Notes: generated by a model not told the origin, from the sequence alone. A stretch of DNA of 64,000 nucleotides from an uncultured Chlamydiales bacterium (GCA_963699155.1 OY969414.1:1739757-1803756); one strand, 5' to 3'; positions 17,320-27,406 are shown, counted from the first letter of the stretch. Translations and numbers: made by a program.

Positions 17320-18413
17320 TTGCTCTTGAATCGCTTCTTCAGGTGGTTGGGCATCGGAATCTTATGCCGTTTATACCAGGCAACTGGATCTTCTTTCAGG
17401 TTGTTAACCATGAGAGGGAGAGTTTTGCGCAATGATCGCTTCGGTGACCATCCTAAAATCTTTCTCGATTTTTCCATGGTAAATTCATAGTTATCATCAG
17501 CCAAATCGATCATCCAAGGCAGAATAAAAGGGGGTGGACCCCACGGAATGAGCCCTTGAGCCCAGGCGCCAAACTTGGCGAACCATTTGGGAATCCAGAT
17601 CATCGGATAGCTGTCTTTACCAAGGATCAATTTTCCAAAAGCTGTTTGCAGATCGCGGTAGCTGACTGAATCCTCTTCACAGCAGAGGAAGGTCAGCTCT
17701 TTAGGAAGTTCTTTGCGTTTTTCAAGAAGGAGCAGGACCATGTCGACAAAGTCTTCGAAATGGGTATAGGGAACCCCGTTGTGGACGTTCCCTGGGAAGA
17801 GATAGCCAGCCAATTGCTTTTCGTAGACGCGGGCGATGTGCTGGGAGATTGGCACGCAGTTGCACTGCTCATCATAACAGCCGGCAATCCGTAAGATCAC
17901 ATAAGGAATGTTCTCATGCTCCTCTCGGATCACCTTCTCGGTGCGTACTTTAGAGGCGGGATAGTGCCATTTTCCACGGATCGGTGAATCTTCGTTTTGT
18001 ACCACACCCCTTTTGGTTGGCTCATGGACAAGCATAGTACTGGTGAAGATAAACTGTTCGACTTCAAATTTCTTCGCTTCGCGCAGGATTCGGCGTGTGC
18101 CATTGACGGTAATGGCATCATACAATTCGAGATTTTTCCCTTCAAAACTATAGAATGCCGCTAAATGGATGATGCAAGCGATCTTACCTCCATAGGCGTA
18201 ACGGACTCGATTGAAGGCAGCTTCGACACTAGCATCTGAAGCTAAGTCGACATAGATAAATTCCATCTCCGGTCTCTTCGATGTGATCCCTATAAAGTCC
18301 ATACCGATAGGTTGATAAGCCTCATTAAGCCTTTCGATGACCCGTGTCCCGATCCTGCCGCTCGAACCTGTGACAATGACTACCTGCTTCTCTGTCGCCA
18401 TACTATCCCTCAT
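17316..18413 (-). CDS. NAD-dependent epimerase/dehydratase (extended SDR)
   Basis: VTGSSGRIG Rossmann motif, IIHLAA, FTSTMLVH, YPASK (YxxxK). Overlaps the VKOR start. Confidence 0.9.
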   Translation of the reverse strand: MRDSMATEKQVVIVTGSSGRIGTRVIERLNEAYQPIGMDFIGITSKRPEMEFIYVDLASDASVEAAFNRVRYAYGGKIACIIHLAAFYSFEGKNLELYDAITVNGTRRILREAKKFEVEQFIFTSTMLVHEPTKRGVVQNEDSPIRGKWHYPASKVRTEKVIREEHENIPYVILRIAGCYDEQCNCVPISQHIARVYEKQLAGYLFPGNVHNGVPYTHFEDFVDMVLLLLEKRKELPKELTFLCCEEDSVSYRDLQTAFGKLILGKDSYPMIWIPKWFAKFGAWAQGLIPWGPPPFILPWMIDLADDNYEFTMEKSRKILGWSPKRSLRKTLPLMVNNLKEDPVAWYKRHKIPMPNHLKKRFKSK

Positions 18414-18483
18414 CTAACAACTATTTATTAGAATAATAACAATATTTTCAAAATATATACATGTTTTTTTATTATTGGAAATA

Positions 18484-18849
18484 ATGAGAACTATCGCATT
18501 TCTGTTTGGTCTGATTTTGATCGCTTTGAGCATCGCTGGGTATCTCTCCCCGGAAGGACTCCTTTTTGGGGTGTTCCGCGTCAACTTTTGGCTCAATCTC
18601 TTCCACGGCTTGACAGGAATCTTTGCTTGCCTCATAGCTTTCTTAAAGATAGAGTGGGTTCGTCTCTACTTCCAACTCTTCGGTGTTGCCTATGCGATCT
18701 TGGCAATATTGGGATTTGTCTATGGAGAGCGAGACATTTTTGGAATCTTTGCCAGCAATCTCTCCAATACGTGGCTCCATGTCATCATCGCCACGAATGG
18801 GCTGATTCTGGGATATGGGTCTGATAATCTTGAAAGGGAAAGACGATGA
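18484..18849 (+). CDS. Small 4-TM membrane protein (DUF4383-like)
   Basis: LFGVFRVN..LNLFH.LTG, FG.AY.ILAILGF, N..NTWLH. Confidence 0.7.
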   Translation: MRTIAFLFGLILIALSIAGYLSPEGLLFGVFRVNFWLNLFHGLTGIFACLIAFLKIEWVRLYFQLFGVAYAILAILGFVYGERDIFGIFASNLSNTWLHVIIATNGLILGYGSDNLERERR

Positions 18850-20930
18850 GTGAGATCAAAGATAGTGCCAGTAATGCCAACCATTTAAAACAGGATGAAC
18901 TGGTCATCAATACGATCCGCACCCTGGCGATGGATGCGGTTCAAGCAGCCAATTCGGGCCACCCAGGCACTCCGATGGCCTTAGCTCCTGTGGCCTATTG
19001 TCTCTGGAACCGTTTCCTTAGATTCGATCCCGAACATCCGATTTGGCCCAACCGAGATCGTTTTATCTTATCCAATGGCCACGCCTCGATGCTCCTCTAC
19101 TCCCTATTGCACTTGAGCCGCGTGAAGGCAGTGAATGAGAAATATGAGAGTGTCGGCCGTGAGACGGTGACTCTCGATGATATCAAAAAGTTCCGGCAGC
19201 TCGATAGCAAATGCCCAGGACACCCGGAGTATCGCTGGACCTCAGGTATCGAGACGACGACAGGTCCTCTCGGGCAAGGGGTAGCTAACAGTGTGGGGAT
19301 GGCGATCGCCAGCCGCTGGATGAGCACCTACTTCAACAGGCCAGGCTTTGAGATGATCAACTTCAATGTCTATGCGATATGCGGCGATGGGGACATGATG
19401 GAGGGGCTCTCCTCAGAAGCTGCCTCTATCGCTGGCCATCTCAAGCTTTCCAATCTCTGCTGGATTTATGACAACAACCGGATCACCATCGAAGGGCATA
19501 CCGATTTAGCCTTTTCGGAGGATGTCGCCTGCAGATTCATGGGCTACGGCTGGAACGTTTTACGTGTTGCCGATGCCAATGACCTCCAAATGCTCGACCG
19601 TGCCTTTCACACCTTCTTAGAGACGCATGACCGTCCCACGCTCATCATTGTCGATAGCCACATCGCCTGGGGCTCTCCACACAAACAAGATACCCATGGA
19701 GCACATGGGGAGCCACTCGGGGAAGAGGAGGTCCGACTGACCAAACAATATTATGGCTGGCCCGCCGATGCAAAATTCCTTGTTCCCCCAGAAACCTACG
19801 AAACGATGAAAAAGGGGCTCGGAGAGAGAGGAGGCAGCGCAAGAGATAGCTGGATGGCGCTCTACGATCGCTATTCGCAAGAATATCCGGAGCTAGCAAA
19901 GCATCTCTTTCAAATGCAGCACCGGGGACTCCCCGATGGTTGGGATCAAGATCTTCTCTCCTTCCCTATAGATGCTTCGGGCATTGCGACCCGCGACTCC
20001 TCAGGAAAGATCCTCAACTCACTCGCTAAAAACTATCCATGGCTAATGGGAGGCGCTGCCGATTTAGCCCCCTCGACGAAGACGCATCTCAATGGAGTTG
20101 ATAGCTTTGAAGCAGAAAGCTACAACGGGCGCAACTTCCATTTCGGGATTCGGGAGCATGCGATGTGTTCGATTTTGAACGGACTCGCTCTCTGTAAAAT
20201 TCGCCCCTTCGGCTCTGGCTTTTTGATTTTCAGTGATTATTGCAGAGCGCCGATCCGTTTGAGCGCGATCATGGAGATTCCGGTGATCTTTATCTTCACT
20301 CATGATTCGATAGGTGTCGGCGAAGATGGCCCGACCCACCAACCTGTCGAGCAGCTCGCTGGCTTGCGAGCGATCCCAGGGCTCACCACCATCCGCCCCT
20401 GCGATGCCAACGAAGTGGTCGAAGCGTGGCGCTATATCGCACAGCTCCGCCATGAGCCGGTCGCGCTTGTCTTGACACGTCAGAAGGTGCCGACACTCGA
20501 TCGGAAGAAGTATGCTTCGGCTGCAGGACTCAATCGGGGCGCCTATATCCTTGCAGACTGTGAGGGGAAGCCTGAGATTATTCTCATGGCAACAGGCAGT
20601 GAGGTCTCTCTCTGTCTCTCCGCCTATGAACAGCTGAAACAGGAAGGGATCCAATGCCGCGTCGTCAGCATGCCCTCATGGGAAATTTTTGAACATCAGG
20701 ATCAAGCCTACAAAAATCAGGTGCTCCCACCTGATGTTCCCCTCCGATTATCTGTGGAACAGGCGGCCACTTTTGGGTGGGATCGCTATGTGGGACTTCA
20801 AGGGCGCAGCATCGGAATGAAGACCTTTGGCGCCTCAGCTCCCCTCAAGGAGTTATTACAAAAATTTGGATTTACCGTCGAAAAAATCGTCCAGCAGGCG
20901 AAAGAGTTGTTGCAATTGACTCATAAATAG
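18846..20930 (+). CDS. tkt: Transketolase
   Basis: SGHPG.PM, NRDRFILSNGHASMLLY, GHPEY, TTGPLGQG, GDGDMMEG (TPP motif), FGIREHAM, THDSIGVGEDGPTHQP. Confidence 0.97.
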   Translation: MSEIKDSASNANHLKQDELVINTIRTLAMDAVQAANSGHPGTPMALAPVAYCLWNRFLRFDPEHPIWPNRDRFILSNGHASMLLYSLLHLSRVKAVNEKYESVGRETVTLDDIKKFRQLDSKCPGHPEYRWTSGIETTTGPLGQGVANSVGMAIASRWMSTYFNRPGFEMINFNVYAICGDGDMMEGLSSEAASIAGHLKLSNLCWIYDNNRITIEGHTDLAFSEDVACRFMGYGWNVLRVADANDLQMLDRAFHTFLETHDRPTLIIVDSHIAWGSPHKQDTHGAHGEPLGEEEVRLTKQYYGWPADAKFLVPPETYETMKKGLGERGGSARDSWMALYDRYSQEYPELAKHLFQMQHRGLPDGWDQDLLSFPIDASGIATRDSSGKILNSLAKNYPWLMGGAADLAPSTKTHLNGVDSFEAESYNGRNFHFGIREHAMCSILNGLALCKIRPFGSGFLIFSDYCRAPIRLSAIMEIPVIFIFTHDSIGVGEDGPTHQPVEQLAGLRAIPGLTTIRPCDANEVVEAWRYIAQLRHEPVALVLTRQKVPTLDRKKYASAAGLNRGAYILADCEGKPEIILMATGSEVSLCLSAYEQLKQEGIQCRVVSMPSWEIFEHQDQAYKNQVLPPDVPLRLSVEQAATFGWDRYVGLQGRSIGMKTFGASAPLKELLQKFGFTVEKIVQQAKELLQLTHK

Positions 20931-20970
20931 CTATAATCCATGTGTTTAAACCACAATAGGATGGTTATTT

Positions 20971-21567
20971 GTGAAAAAATTACTTTTATCTCTTCTCCTT
21001 CTCACCGGCTGCCTCCCCTTAGCTGCTTACCCCAAACACTCTCCTGAGTTGACACAGCTCGTGCAAACCCTCTATCGCTTCGAGGATACGAAGCAGCTTC
21101 TCGCTCAAGCTGAGGAAGAGGGCCCCTTCACCATCCGGACCGCTAAAATGGGCCAGCAGGCTCCTGAAGCTTCTTGGATGGTCTATCCGCGGCTGATCTC
21201 GATCAATACCTCTTACTACCGTTCGTATGGGAGCATGATCACCTCTCTGGTCTTTGAACTTCATAATGTACTGAGCACAAAGCAATTTGATGATTATGAC
21301 CAGTTAGCATTATCAGGCAAAATCAATCGCGAACAGTTTATTCGTGGAATCGAAGAGATCGAATATTCTAATGCTCGAAAAACCTCTTATCTCCTCTGGA
21401 AAGGGGTACAACAGGGCCTATTTCCTAGAGATGCCGCAATGCCGATTCCCCACAATTTTGAAGATCACTTCCGCCTTCAGCTCGATTCAGGCCATTCCTC
21501 TTTAATCGGATCTATGTATGATGATCTGATGCGAGAGGGATCTGGCAATCTCGCAGATAATGGTTGA
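20971..21567 (+). CDS. Exported hypothetical protein
   Basis: Signal-peptide-like MKKLLLSLLLLTGCLPLAA. VFELHN...IEEIEY resembles a degenerate zincin-type helix. Confidence 0.6.
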   Translation: MKKLLLSLLLLTGCLPLAAYPKHSPELTQLVQTLYRFEDTKQLLAQAEEEGPFTIRTAKMGQQAPEASWMVYPRLISINTSYYRSYGSMITSLVFELHNVLSTKQFDDYDQLALSGKINREQFIRGIEEIEYSNARKTSYLLWKGVQQGLFPRDAAMPIPHNFEDHFRLQLDSGHSSLIGSMYDDLMREGSGNLADNG

Positions 21568-21932
21568 TGATTTCGAAAGAAAAAAAAGATGAGCTCGCTG
21601 CCCGCATGGAAAGTCTCCAGATCCGAGAAGAGGATCTCTTGGAGAAATTCATTCTAGGCAGCGGGCCAGGTGGCCAAAAGGTCAATAAGACAGCCTCCAC
21701 AGTCTACCTCAAACATCTCCCGACAGGGATCGAAATCAAATGTTCCAAAGAAAGGTCTCAAGAGCTTAACCGCTTCTTCGCACGCCGTATGCTCTGCGAG
21801 CAGATCGAAAAGCAGCACTACGGAATGCAAACGGCTAAAGATAAAGCCATCGAAAAAATCCGCAAACAAAAAAAGAGAAAAGTGCGCAAACTAAAAAGAA
21901 AATTAGATACAAATCCAAAAGATAACTTATAA
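21567..21932 (+). CDS. Class I release-factor-like GGQ protein (ArfB/mtRF-R-like ribosome-rescue peptidyl-tRNA hydrolase)
   Basis: GSGPGGQKVNKT...HLPTGIEIKC..ERSQELNR, with a basic C-terminal tail and no codon-recognition domain. Confidence 0.85.
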   Translation: MISKEKKDELAARMESLQIREEDLLEKFILGSGPGGQKVNKTASTVYLKHLPTGIEIKCSKERSQELNRFFARRMLCEQIEKQHYGMQTAKDKAIEKIRKQKKRKVRKLKRKLDTNPKDNL

Positions 21933-21965
21933 TTTGTAATAGATAATAACTAACTATTACAAATC

Positions 21966-22640
21966 ATGCGTGATGTTAAGCCCCCAAGAGCCTTACTTTC
22001 TGTCACTTTTGCGATTTTATTCGCCCTCTCAAGCCTAGTTTATTTTTATTCAAAAAGTCAGCTCCCTCCCTCGATTCAACTAGAAACTCAAGGACAACCC
22101 ACTATTGGCTATGCCCAAGCTCGTGTGCATGTGGTTGTTTTTGAAGAGCCTAAATGTTCCCATTGCCGTGATCTTAACATTGAGCTCTTCCCCTCTTTGA
22201 AAAAAGAATATATCGACACCAACAAAATCCAACTGACTCTCGTTCCCGTCTCTTTTCTTCCCGGTTCGATGCCAGCTGCGGAAGCGGCACTCTGTGTCTA
22301 CAATCAAAATGCCCGTTATCCCAATAACGAGCTCTTTTTCAAATATGTCGATTACATGTACCGCCACCAAACCCACGGCAACTGGGCGACGACCCAAAAC
22401 CTTGTCAATTTTGCGCGGGCCACCTCACCTGCTATCGAGCTCGATCAGCTCAGGCATGGGATCGAAACAGAAGAATACCGGGTCCAGATCGAACAGAACA
22501 CCGACTACGCCAAGCATATCCTGGGGGGAAAAGCGACAACCCCTGCCATCTTTGTCAACGGCATTCAAGTGAGAGAGATGTCCGTTGATGGAATCGTCAA
22601 ACTGATCAAATTGGTTCTAAAACATGAGGGGATCGATTGA
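21966..22640 (+). CDS. DsbA-family thioredoxin-fold oxidoreductase
   Basis: N-terminal TM, GQPTIG, FEEPKCSHC (CxxC), TPAIFVNG (cis-Pro loop). Directly upstream of dsbB. Confidence 0.88.
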   Translation: MRDVKPPRALLSVTFAILFALSSLVYFYSKSQLPPSIQLETQGQPTIGYAQARVHVVVFEEPKCSHCRDLNIELFPSLKKEYIDTNKIQLTLVPVSFLPGSMPAAEAALCVYNQNARYPNNELFFKYVDYMYRHQTHGNWATTQNLVNFARATSPAIELDQLRHGIETEEYRVQIEQNTDYAKHILGGKATTPAIFVNGIQVREMSVDGIVKLIKLVLKHEGID

Positions 22641-23104
22641 TGCTCATCAGAAAGTATGGTCTCTACACAGCTTGGTTACTGACGACATTCGGCATGATGT
22701 TTTCCCTCTATTTTAGTGAGATCAAAAAAGTGGAGCCTTGCCATCTCTGCTGGTATCAACGGATCGCCCTATTTCCCCTCTTTATTATCCTAGGGATTGC
22801 TGTCTATCGCGGCTTCCTCGACATCTGCCGTTATCTTCTGCCCCAAATTGCCATCGGTTTTCTCTTTGCCATCTATCAGATAGCCATTCAGGAAATCCCA
22901 GGATGGAATCCTATCGATATGTGCGGCGGCGGACCGAGCTGTTCTGAAAAAATTCTTATCGGGATCGGCCCCATCACCATTCCGATGCTCTCTGCAGTCG
23001 GCTTCCTCTGTATCGGCCTCCTTTTAGCCGCTGTCTGGTTTTCCGATTACCGTTCGCGTATGCTCTATAAAAACATCAAAGTTGAATCAAGAAATTCTAT
23101 TTGA
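22640..23104 (+). CDS. dsbB: Disulfide bond formation protein B
   Basis: SLYFSE, PCHLCWYQRI, second Cys pair C.GGPSC, ITIPMLS. Confidence 0.92.
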   Translation: MLIRKYGLYTAWLLTTFGMMFSLYFSEIKKVEPCHLCWYQRIALFPLFIILGIAVYRGFLDICRYLLPQIAIGFLFAIYQIAIQEIPGWNPIDMCGGGPSCSEKILIGIGPITIPMLSAVGFLCIGLLLAAVWFSDYRSRMLYKNIKVESRNSI

Positions 23105-23110
23105 TAAGAT
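23082..23110 (+). promoter_or_regulatory. Probable sigma66 promoter of the RRM gene
   Basis: TTGAAT (23082-87)-N17-TAAGAT (23105-10) with an extended TGn, ~100 nt upstream of ATG 23217. Confidence 0.5.
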
Positions 23111-23216
23111 ATGAATATGTCAGTTACTCTTATTGGCATGTGTTTTTTGAAGACACAAATATGAGTTTACCACATGGTAAACAAAACTTTTGAACTTAAA
23201 GAATTTAGGTAGAACA

Positions 23217-23558
23217 ATGAGATTATATGTTGGCAATTTGCCCTATTCGTGCTCTGAAGATGATTTAAAAAATCTTTTTTCTGATTTCAATACAAGCAGC
23301 GTCAAGCTGGTCATTGACAGAGAAACAGGCAGATCTAAAGGGTTTGGCTTCGTGGATATCGATTCCAAAGAAGAAGCAGAGAAAGCAATTAACGTGCTTG
23401 ATAAGAAAAATGTCGAAGGTAAAACCCTAGTCGTCAACGAAGCGCGCCCTCTCCAGAAAAGAGAAGGTGGTGGTGGTGGTGGAAGAGATGATCGCGGAGG
23501 CCCAAGTGGTCGCCCTTTCAACAAAGGTCCTCGCCGTTTCGGCAACAGCAGTCGCTAA
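23217..23558 (+). CDS. RRM-domain RNA-binding protein with a Gly/Arg tail
   Basis: RNP2 LYVGNL, RNP1 KGFGFV, DRETGRS, VNEARP, glycine-rich tail. Confidence 0.93.
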   Translation: MRLYVGNLPYSCSEDDLKNLFSDFNTSSVKLVIDRETGRSKGFGFVDIDSKEEAEKAINVLDKKNVEGKTLVVNEARPLQKREGGGGGGRDDRGGPSGRPFNKGPRRFGNSSR

Positions 23559-23582
23559 TTGATTAAAATCATTTAGACTGAT

Positions 23583-23623
23583 ATACTAAGACCTTTTTGT
23601 AAATAACTTAAAGGTCTTAGTAT
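23583..23623 (+). terminator. Strong inverted repeat between the RRM gene and adk
   Basis: ATACTAAGACCTTT / AAAGGTCTTAGTAT form a 14-bp perfect stem that ends 1 nt before ATG 23625. Confidence 0.55.
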
Positions 23624-23624
23624 T

Positions 23625-24422
23625 ATGATCAAATTCCTATCGCTCCTTGCCCTACTTGCTCTCATAATCGTTCTCAGCAACCGACAACTCATTGGTGCAG
23701 AACATTGCAACCGACAGCTACTTGGAACAGAACAATCGGTGATGATGGCCAATAAACAAAATCAACAAACTGTTTTCATTATGCTCGGCGCCCCTGGTGC
23801 AGGAAAAGGGACTCAGGCGATCCGTCTCAGTGACCGTTTTGCCATCCCCCAAATCTCCACAGGAGACCTTTTCCGGGAAAATCTGAAGAAAAATACGCCT
23901 ATTGGGCAAAAGGCCAAAAGTTACATGGATCAGGGGAAGCTGGTTCCCGATGAGCTTGTTCTCGATATGCTCTTTGACCGCCTTGCGAAGGCTGACTGTG
24001 AGAAAGGGTATATTCTCGATGGCTTCCCACGCACGATCCCACAAGCAGAAGCGCTCACCGAGCGTCTCTCAAAAACAGATGCGAAAGTGATCGCCCTCAG
24101 TTTGGAAGTCCCCGATGAGATGATCATCGAGCGCCTCACTGGCCGTCTGGTCTGTGATTCTTGTGGTGCTCCCTACCATAAAATCTCCTCACCTCCCAAA
24201 GTGGCTGGTATCTGTGACCGCGATGGCGGCACTCTCATCCAGCGCAAAGATGATAGCCTGGAAGTGGTCTCCGAACGGCTCAAAGTTTTCCATGAGCAGA
24301 CAGAACCTGTGAAAGGTTTTTTCCAGAAAAAAGGAGACCTCCTCCTAGTCGATGGAAGCGTTTCGAAAGAGCAGACGATCGCTCAGGTCGACAGCTACCT
24401 CGCAGAAGCACTTAAGAAATGA
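23625..24422 (+). CDS. adk: Adenylate kinase (zinc-type LID) with an N-terminal hydrophobic extension
   Basis: LGAPGAGKGTQA, ISTGDLFR, GKLVPDE, GYILDGFPRT..QA, LID CDSC...CDRD, QRKDD. Confidence 0.95.
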   Translation: MIKFLSLLALLALIIVLSNRQLIGAEHCNRQLLGTEQSVMMANKQNQQTVFIMLGAPGAGKGTQAIRLSDRFAIPQISTGDLFRENLKKNTPIGQKAKSYMDQGKLVPDELVLDMLFDRLAKADCEKGYILDGFPRTIPQAEALTERLSKTDAKVIALSLEVPDEMIIERLTGRLVCDSCGAPYHKISSPPKVAGICDRDGGTLIQRKDDSLEVVSERLKVFHEQTEPVKGFFQKKGDLLLVDGSVSKEQTIAQVDSYLAEALKK

Positions 24423-24450
24423 GAAGGCCTGATCCCTTCTCTCTATCCGA

Positions 24451-26118
24451 TTAAGCCACACCATTCATCGTGCCAGCACGTTTTTTGATCTCTAGTGGGA
24501 ACAAGGCTGTTGAAACGACTGTAGCGTCTTCTCTCATTTCAAATGGAGAGACAGTATCAGAAATTTTTGTCGTCGGTAAGGTGAGCGGGAATTCAAATAT
24601 AGGCTGCTGTCTGAACAAAAACCTTCGATATTCTGCCAAAGTGACAATGGCGTCATAGCCCTTCTGAGTGTTGAGAGCCTCTTGGACTTTTGTGAGGTAG
24701 CGTTCGATTGAGGTTTGAAATAACGCCTGCCAATTAGCTTTTTGAACTATCTGCCAGTTATTTAAAAAGTCATTTTCAGCGGTTCCAGAAATCTCGGCTT
24801 TATCCGATTGCTTCACTGCTGCAACAAAACTATTTGTGAGATCCGCGGCGCTTAACATAGTGGTAGGCAGATAGTGCATCAATGCCTTCCTTTTCAGTGA
24901 GTAGATGCTATTAGGAAAATCGACCATCAAAAGAGCTGCTGCAAATGGAGTTTCGATGATCTTCGTTTTGAGCAACTGCCCGAGAAGATCTATGTCTTCA
25001 GCTGTAGGTGTCGGGACTAAAAAGGCAAATTGTGTCTCCCCCTTTTGCCAGGTTACTCCCCCATCGACGAGGCGAAAATCGAAATCCTCTCTGTTTTTTA
25101 GGTAAATGGTTCCTTTGAGCTTTAATTGAGCATGTTGACTGACAATGCCTACTTTTCTCAAACCATTGTCATTGACGAAAAAATTCAGCGGTAAAATGAA
25201 TGTAGTCTTCTCTTCCACATTAGCGCTGACTTGCTTACTGCTCGCTAAATTGATTGTGGTGGTATCTAGTATCTGCCGCATAAAGGGCAGTGGAGAGAGA
25301 GCGGGGGTGACCTCGGACAGTTGTTGAGTCAATTGTGTCACTCGAGATCGATTCCAAAGTTGAATATTTGCTTTAATAATAGGCTCCAATAACTCTGCTT
25401 TTACTCTCCCTTTAAAAAAATCACTCTGAAGAAAGGGATCATCTGGATCAAATGCATCTTCTGTAATTCGAGAATCATTACTATGCCAATGCGTCCAAGG
25501 TTCTTCGAGTTCCTTCATGACAGGACTTCCATTGACATGACCCGAAAAGGGGCCTTTACCTCGTGTATCTGGCTCTAAAGCATCTTTGGAATTGCCTGCC
25601 AGGAACCAGCTCTCCTCATTGCGCAAATAAAAATTAAATACTCCCAGGCTTCTATCCCATGCCATTAACTGCAAAAACTCCTCTGTAGAGTCAATATCTT
25701 TGGAAGTTGTGATAAAAATAGGATCCCCTTCAACTGTCAATTGAATGGCCATCCTAAAAGTACGTCTTAGATCAGTGGTTTGTTCAGATTGGGCAATCTG
25801 TCCATCTTCTGCCACATGAAAAATATTTTGCTCTGAAGCAATGGCCACTAAACTTCTCATGAGTGATGAGAGGTTGAGAGGTAGAGGAGAGTCACTTCCT
25901 AAAATCTTGGCCGCAAAGGGATCGTGCACTTCACTGGGATTTAGGGGAGTTGGAAATTTGTCTCGCCCTACAATCAATCGAAAGACTCTATGCGTCACGG
26001 ACTCTTCTGTGGTAGAAGAAAGAGCAGCTTCTCTTAATAAGCTCAAGCTGGGTTCTGCGAAGGAAGTATGAATGGGAGGTCGATAGGGTTGTCCATATTG
26101 AACACGAAGATGAGCCAT
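24451..26118 (-). CDS. Uncharacterised protein
   Basis: 555-aa ORF with enzyme-like conserved-looking segments FLQLMAWD....FNFY, GPFSGHVNGSPVMKELEEPWTHWHS, FAFLVP, LLMVDFPN.IYS..R. Confidence 0.8.
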   Translation of the reverse strand: MAHLRVQYGQPYRPPIHTSFAEPSLSLLREAALSSTTEESVTHRVFRLIVGRDKFPTPLNPSEVHDPFAAKILGSDSPLPLNLSSLMRSLVAIASEQNIFHVAEDGQIAQSEQTTDLRRTFRMAIQLTVEGDPIFITTSKDIDSTEEFLQLMAWDRSLGVFNFYLRNEESWFLAGNSKDALEPDTRGKGPFSGHVNGSPVMKELEEPWTHWHSNDSRITEDAFDPDDPFLQSDFFKGRVKAELLEPIIKANIQLWNRSRVTQLTQQLSEVTPALSPLPFMRQILDTTTINLASSKQVSANVEEKTTFILPLNFFVNDNGLRKVGIVSQHAQLKLKGTIYLKNREDFDFRLVDGGVTWQKGETQFAFLVPTPTAEDIDLLGQLLKTKIIETPFAAALLMVDFPNSIYSLKRKALMHYLPTTMLSAADLTNSFVAAVKQSDKAEISGTAENDFLNNWQIVQKANWQALFQTSIERYLTKVQEALNTQKGYDAIVTLAEYRRFLFRQQPIFEFPLTLPTTKISDTVSPFEMREDATVVSTALFPLEIKKRAGTMNGVA

Positions 26119-26144
26119 AATGATTTCCTTTAAATAAAATAGAG

Positions 26145-26166
26145 GGCCTCCTGCTAAGAGGAGGCC
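26145..26166 (-). terminator. Hairpin between the two uncharacterised genes (possible intrinsic terminator or stabiliser)
   Basis: GGCCTCCT-N6-AGGAGGCC, followed on the minus strand by CTCTATTTTATTT. Confidence 0.55.
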
Positions 26167-26181
26167 AAAGATATTGTTTAA

Positions 26182-27345
26182 TTAAACATGCACACGTGTA
26201 GCGCGGCTTGGCGGACGAACCGTTTCATCCGTTGCTTCTACTGACATGAGTGTCGCTGATGAGGCATCAGCCATCAAGGCATGTGTATGTGTGGCTGAGA
26301 GAGAACTTACATCATCCGTACACCCATCGATCACATGAACTGTTCCACCATAGCCTTGCGCTATGGCTACCAGCTTAATTCTAAGAGACTCTGTGACTTG
26401 ACCGCCGAAGTTAATAGGTTCTCCTAAGACAGTAATATCACTTACAGTATAGCCCTTTCCGGGAGGCACTTCAAAGACAGCCCTTACAGGAAATTCCGTT
26501 GTCCCACGCACAATCTTGAAGAAATCTCTCGGATCGTCAGCCGGATTGGGCATCACCCAACCTTTTGGGTCAAATTTCCCTAAATAAAGCCCCACCGGAT
26601 TTTGGAAGCTGATGGAAGCACCTTTGCGCGCTTGTTCATTCACAGCAGCACCGATAGTGGGATCACTATTTCGCCTCTCATCGCCATACTGACTACACAT
26701 AATCAGTTTATCTTGTTCTTTGAGGATATGACCATCTTTTCTTCTGACAATGGAAGCGCCGGCGCCCAGTTCAATTTCTGCAAACAAGTTGTTAGGATCG
26801 CTGATCAAATGCATCAAACTACCCGTCGTTGAATCATTCCATTTGCTTCTGTAGTTATATTCATCACCATCAAAAAGATCTTCAGCTTTGACATCAGGAC
26901 TGACATAGGTGTGATAAAGAGAGAGAATGGTGCTCCTTCCTTCTGCACTCTTTGCTAGAAAAATGTAATGATCGCGAGGTTCGCTGGTGAATGTGATGCG
27001 CGTAATTTTCCCTTCACCATTTCTCTGGACGCTCCATTCACAATATTCATCCTGAGAATCGCGACTCTCATCGGCTACTCTATATTTATCTGCTCCTGCA
27101 GTATCGCTCACATATTTTGGAAAAGCGGGCCAATCCACAGGAAGAGGAGTAAAGTCGCTTTTTTTAGAGACCTTTGTAGGATCAAAGAATTGAGGCCGAG
27201 GACCATTATTATATTTGCTGAAGCTCACGCGTTCTGCAAAAATCTTTTGTAAATAAATATTCCAGTCGCTTTTTTGCGCTGGTAAGAAATCTGGTAAGAA
27301 TCCGACAGGATCAAAATGGGAATAAATAGGACCCGATGCTGCCAT
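26182..27345 (-). CDS. Uncharacterised protein
   Basis: 387-aa ORF with QDEYCEWSVQRN..GKITRITFTSE, LMHL..PNNL.AEI.LGA, CSQYG...RNSDPTIGAAVN, NPVGLY, FEVP..KGYTVSDI. Confidence 0.8.
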   Translation of the reverse strand: MAASGPIYSHFDPVGFLPDFLPAQKSDWNIYLQKIFAERVSFSKYNNGPRPQFFDPTKVSKKSDFTPLPVDWPAFPKYVSDTAGADKYRVADESRDSQDEYCEWSVQRNGEGKITRITFTSEPRDHYIFLAKSAEGRSTILSLYHTYVSPDVKAEDLFDGDEYNYRSKWNDSTTGSLMHLISDPNNLFAEIELGAGASIVRRKDGHILKEQDKLIMCSQYGDERRNSDPTIGAAVNEQARKGASISFQNPVGLYLGKFDPKGWVMPNPADDPRDFFKIVRGTTEFPVRAVFEVPPGKGYTVSDITVLGEPINFGGQVTESLRIKLVAIAQGYGGTVHVIDGCTDDVSSLSATHTHALMADASSATLMSVEATDETVRPPSRATRVHV

Positions 27346-27406
27346 ATAATCACTTCCTTGTAAGTATTATCTAAACATCTTCTGCACTATACAGAGATTG
27401 CCGAAA

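Noticed and set aside
20971..21567. Metalloprotease call for the FELHN motif
   Set aside because: A canonical HExxH is absent, so a zincin assignment cannot be supported from the sequence alone.
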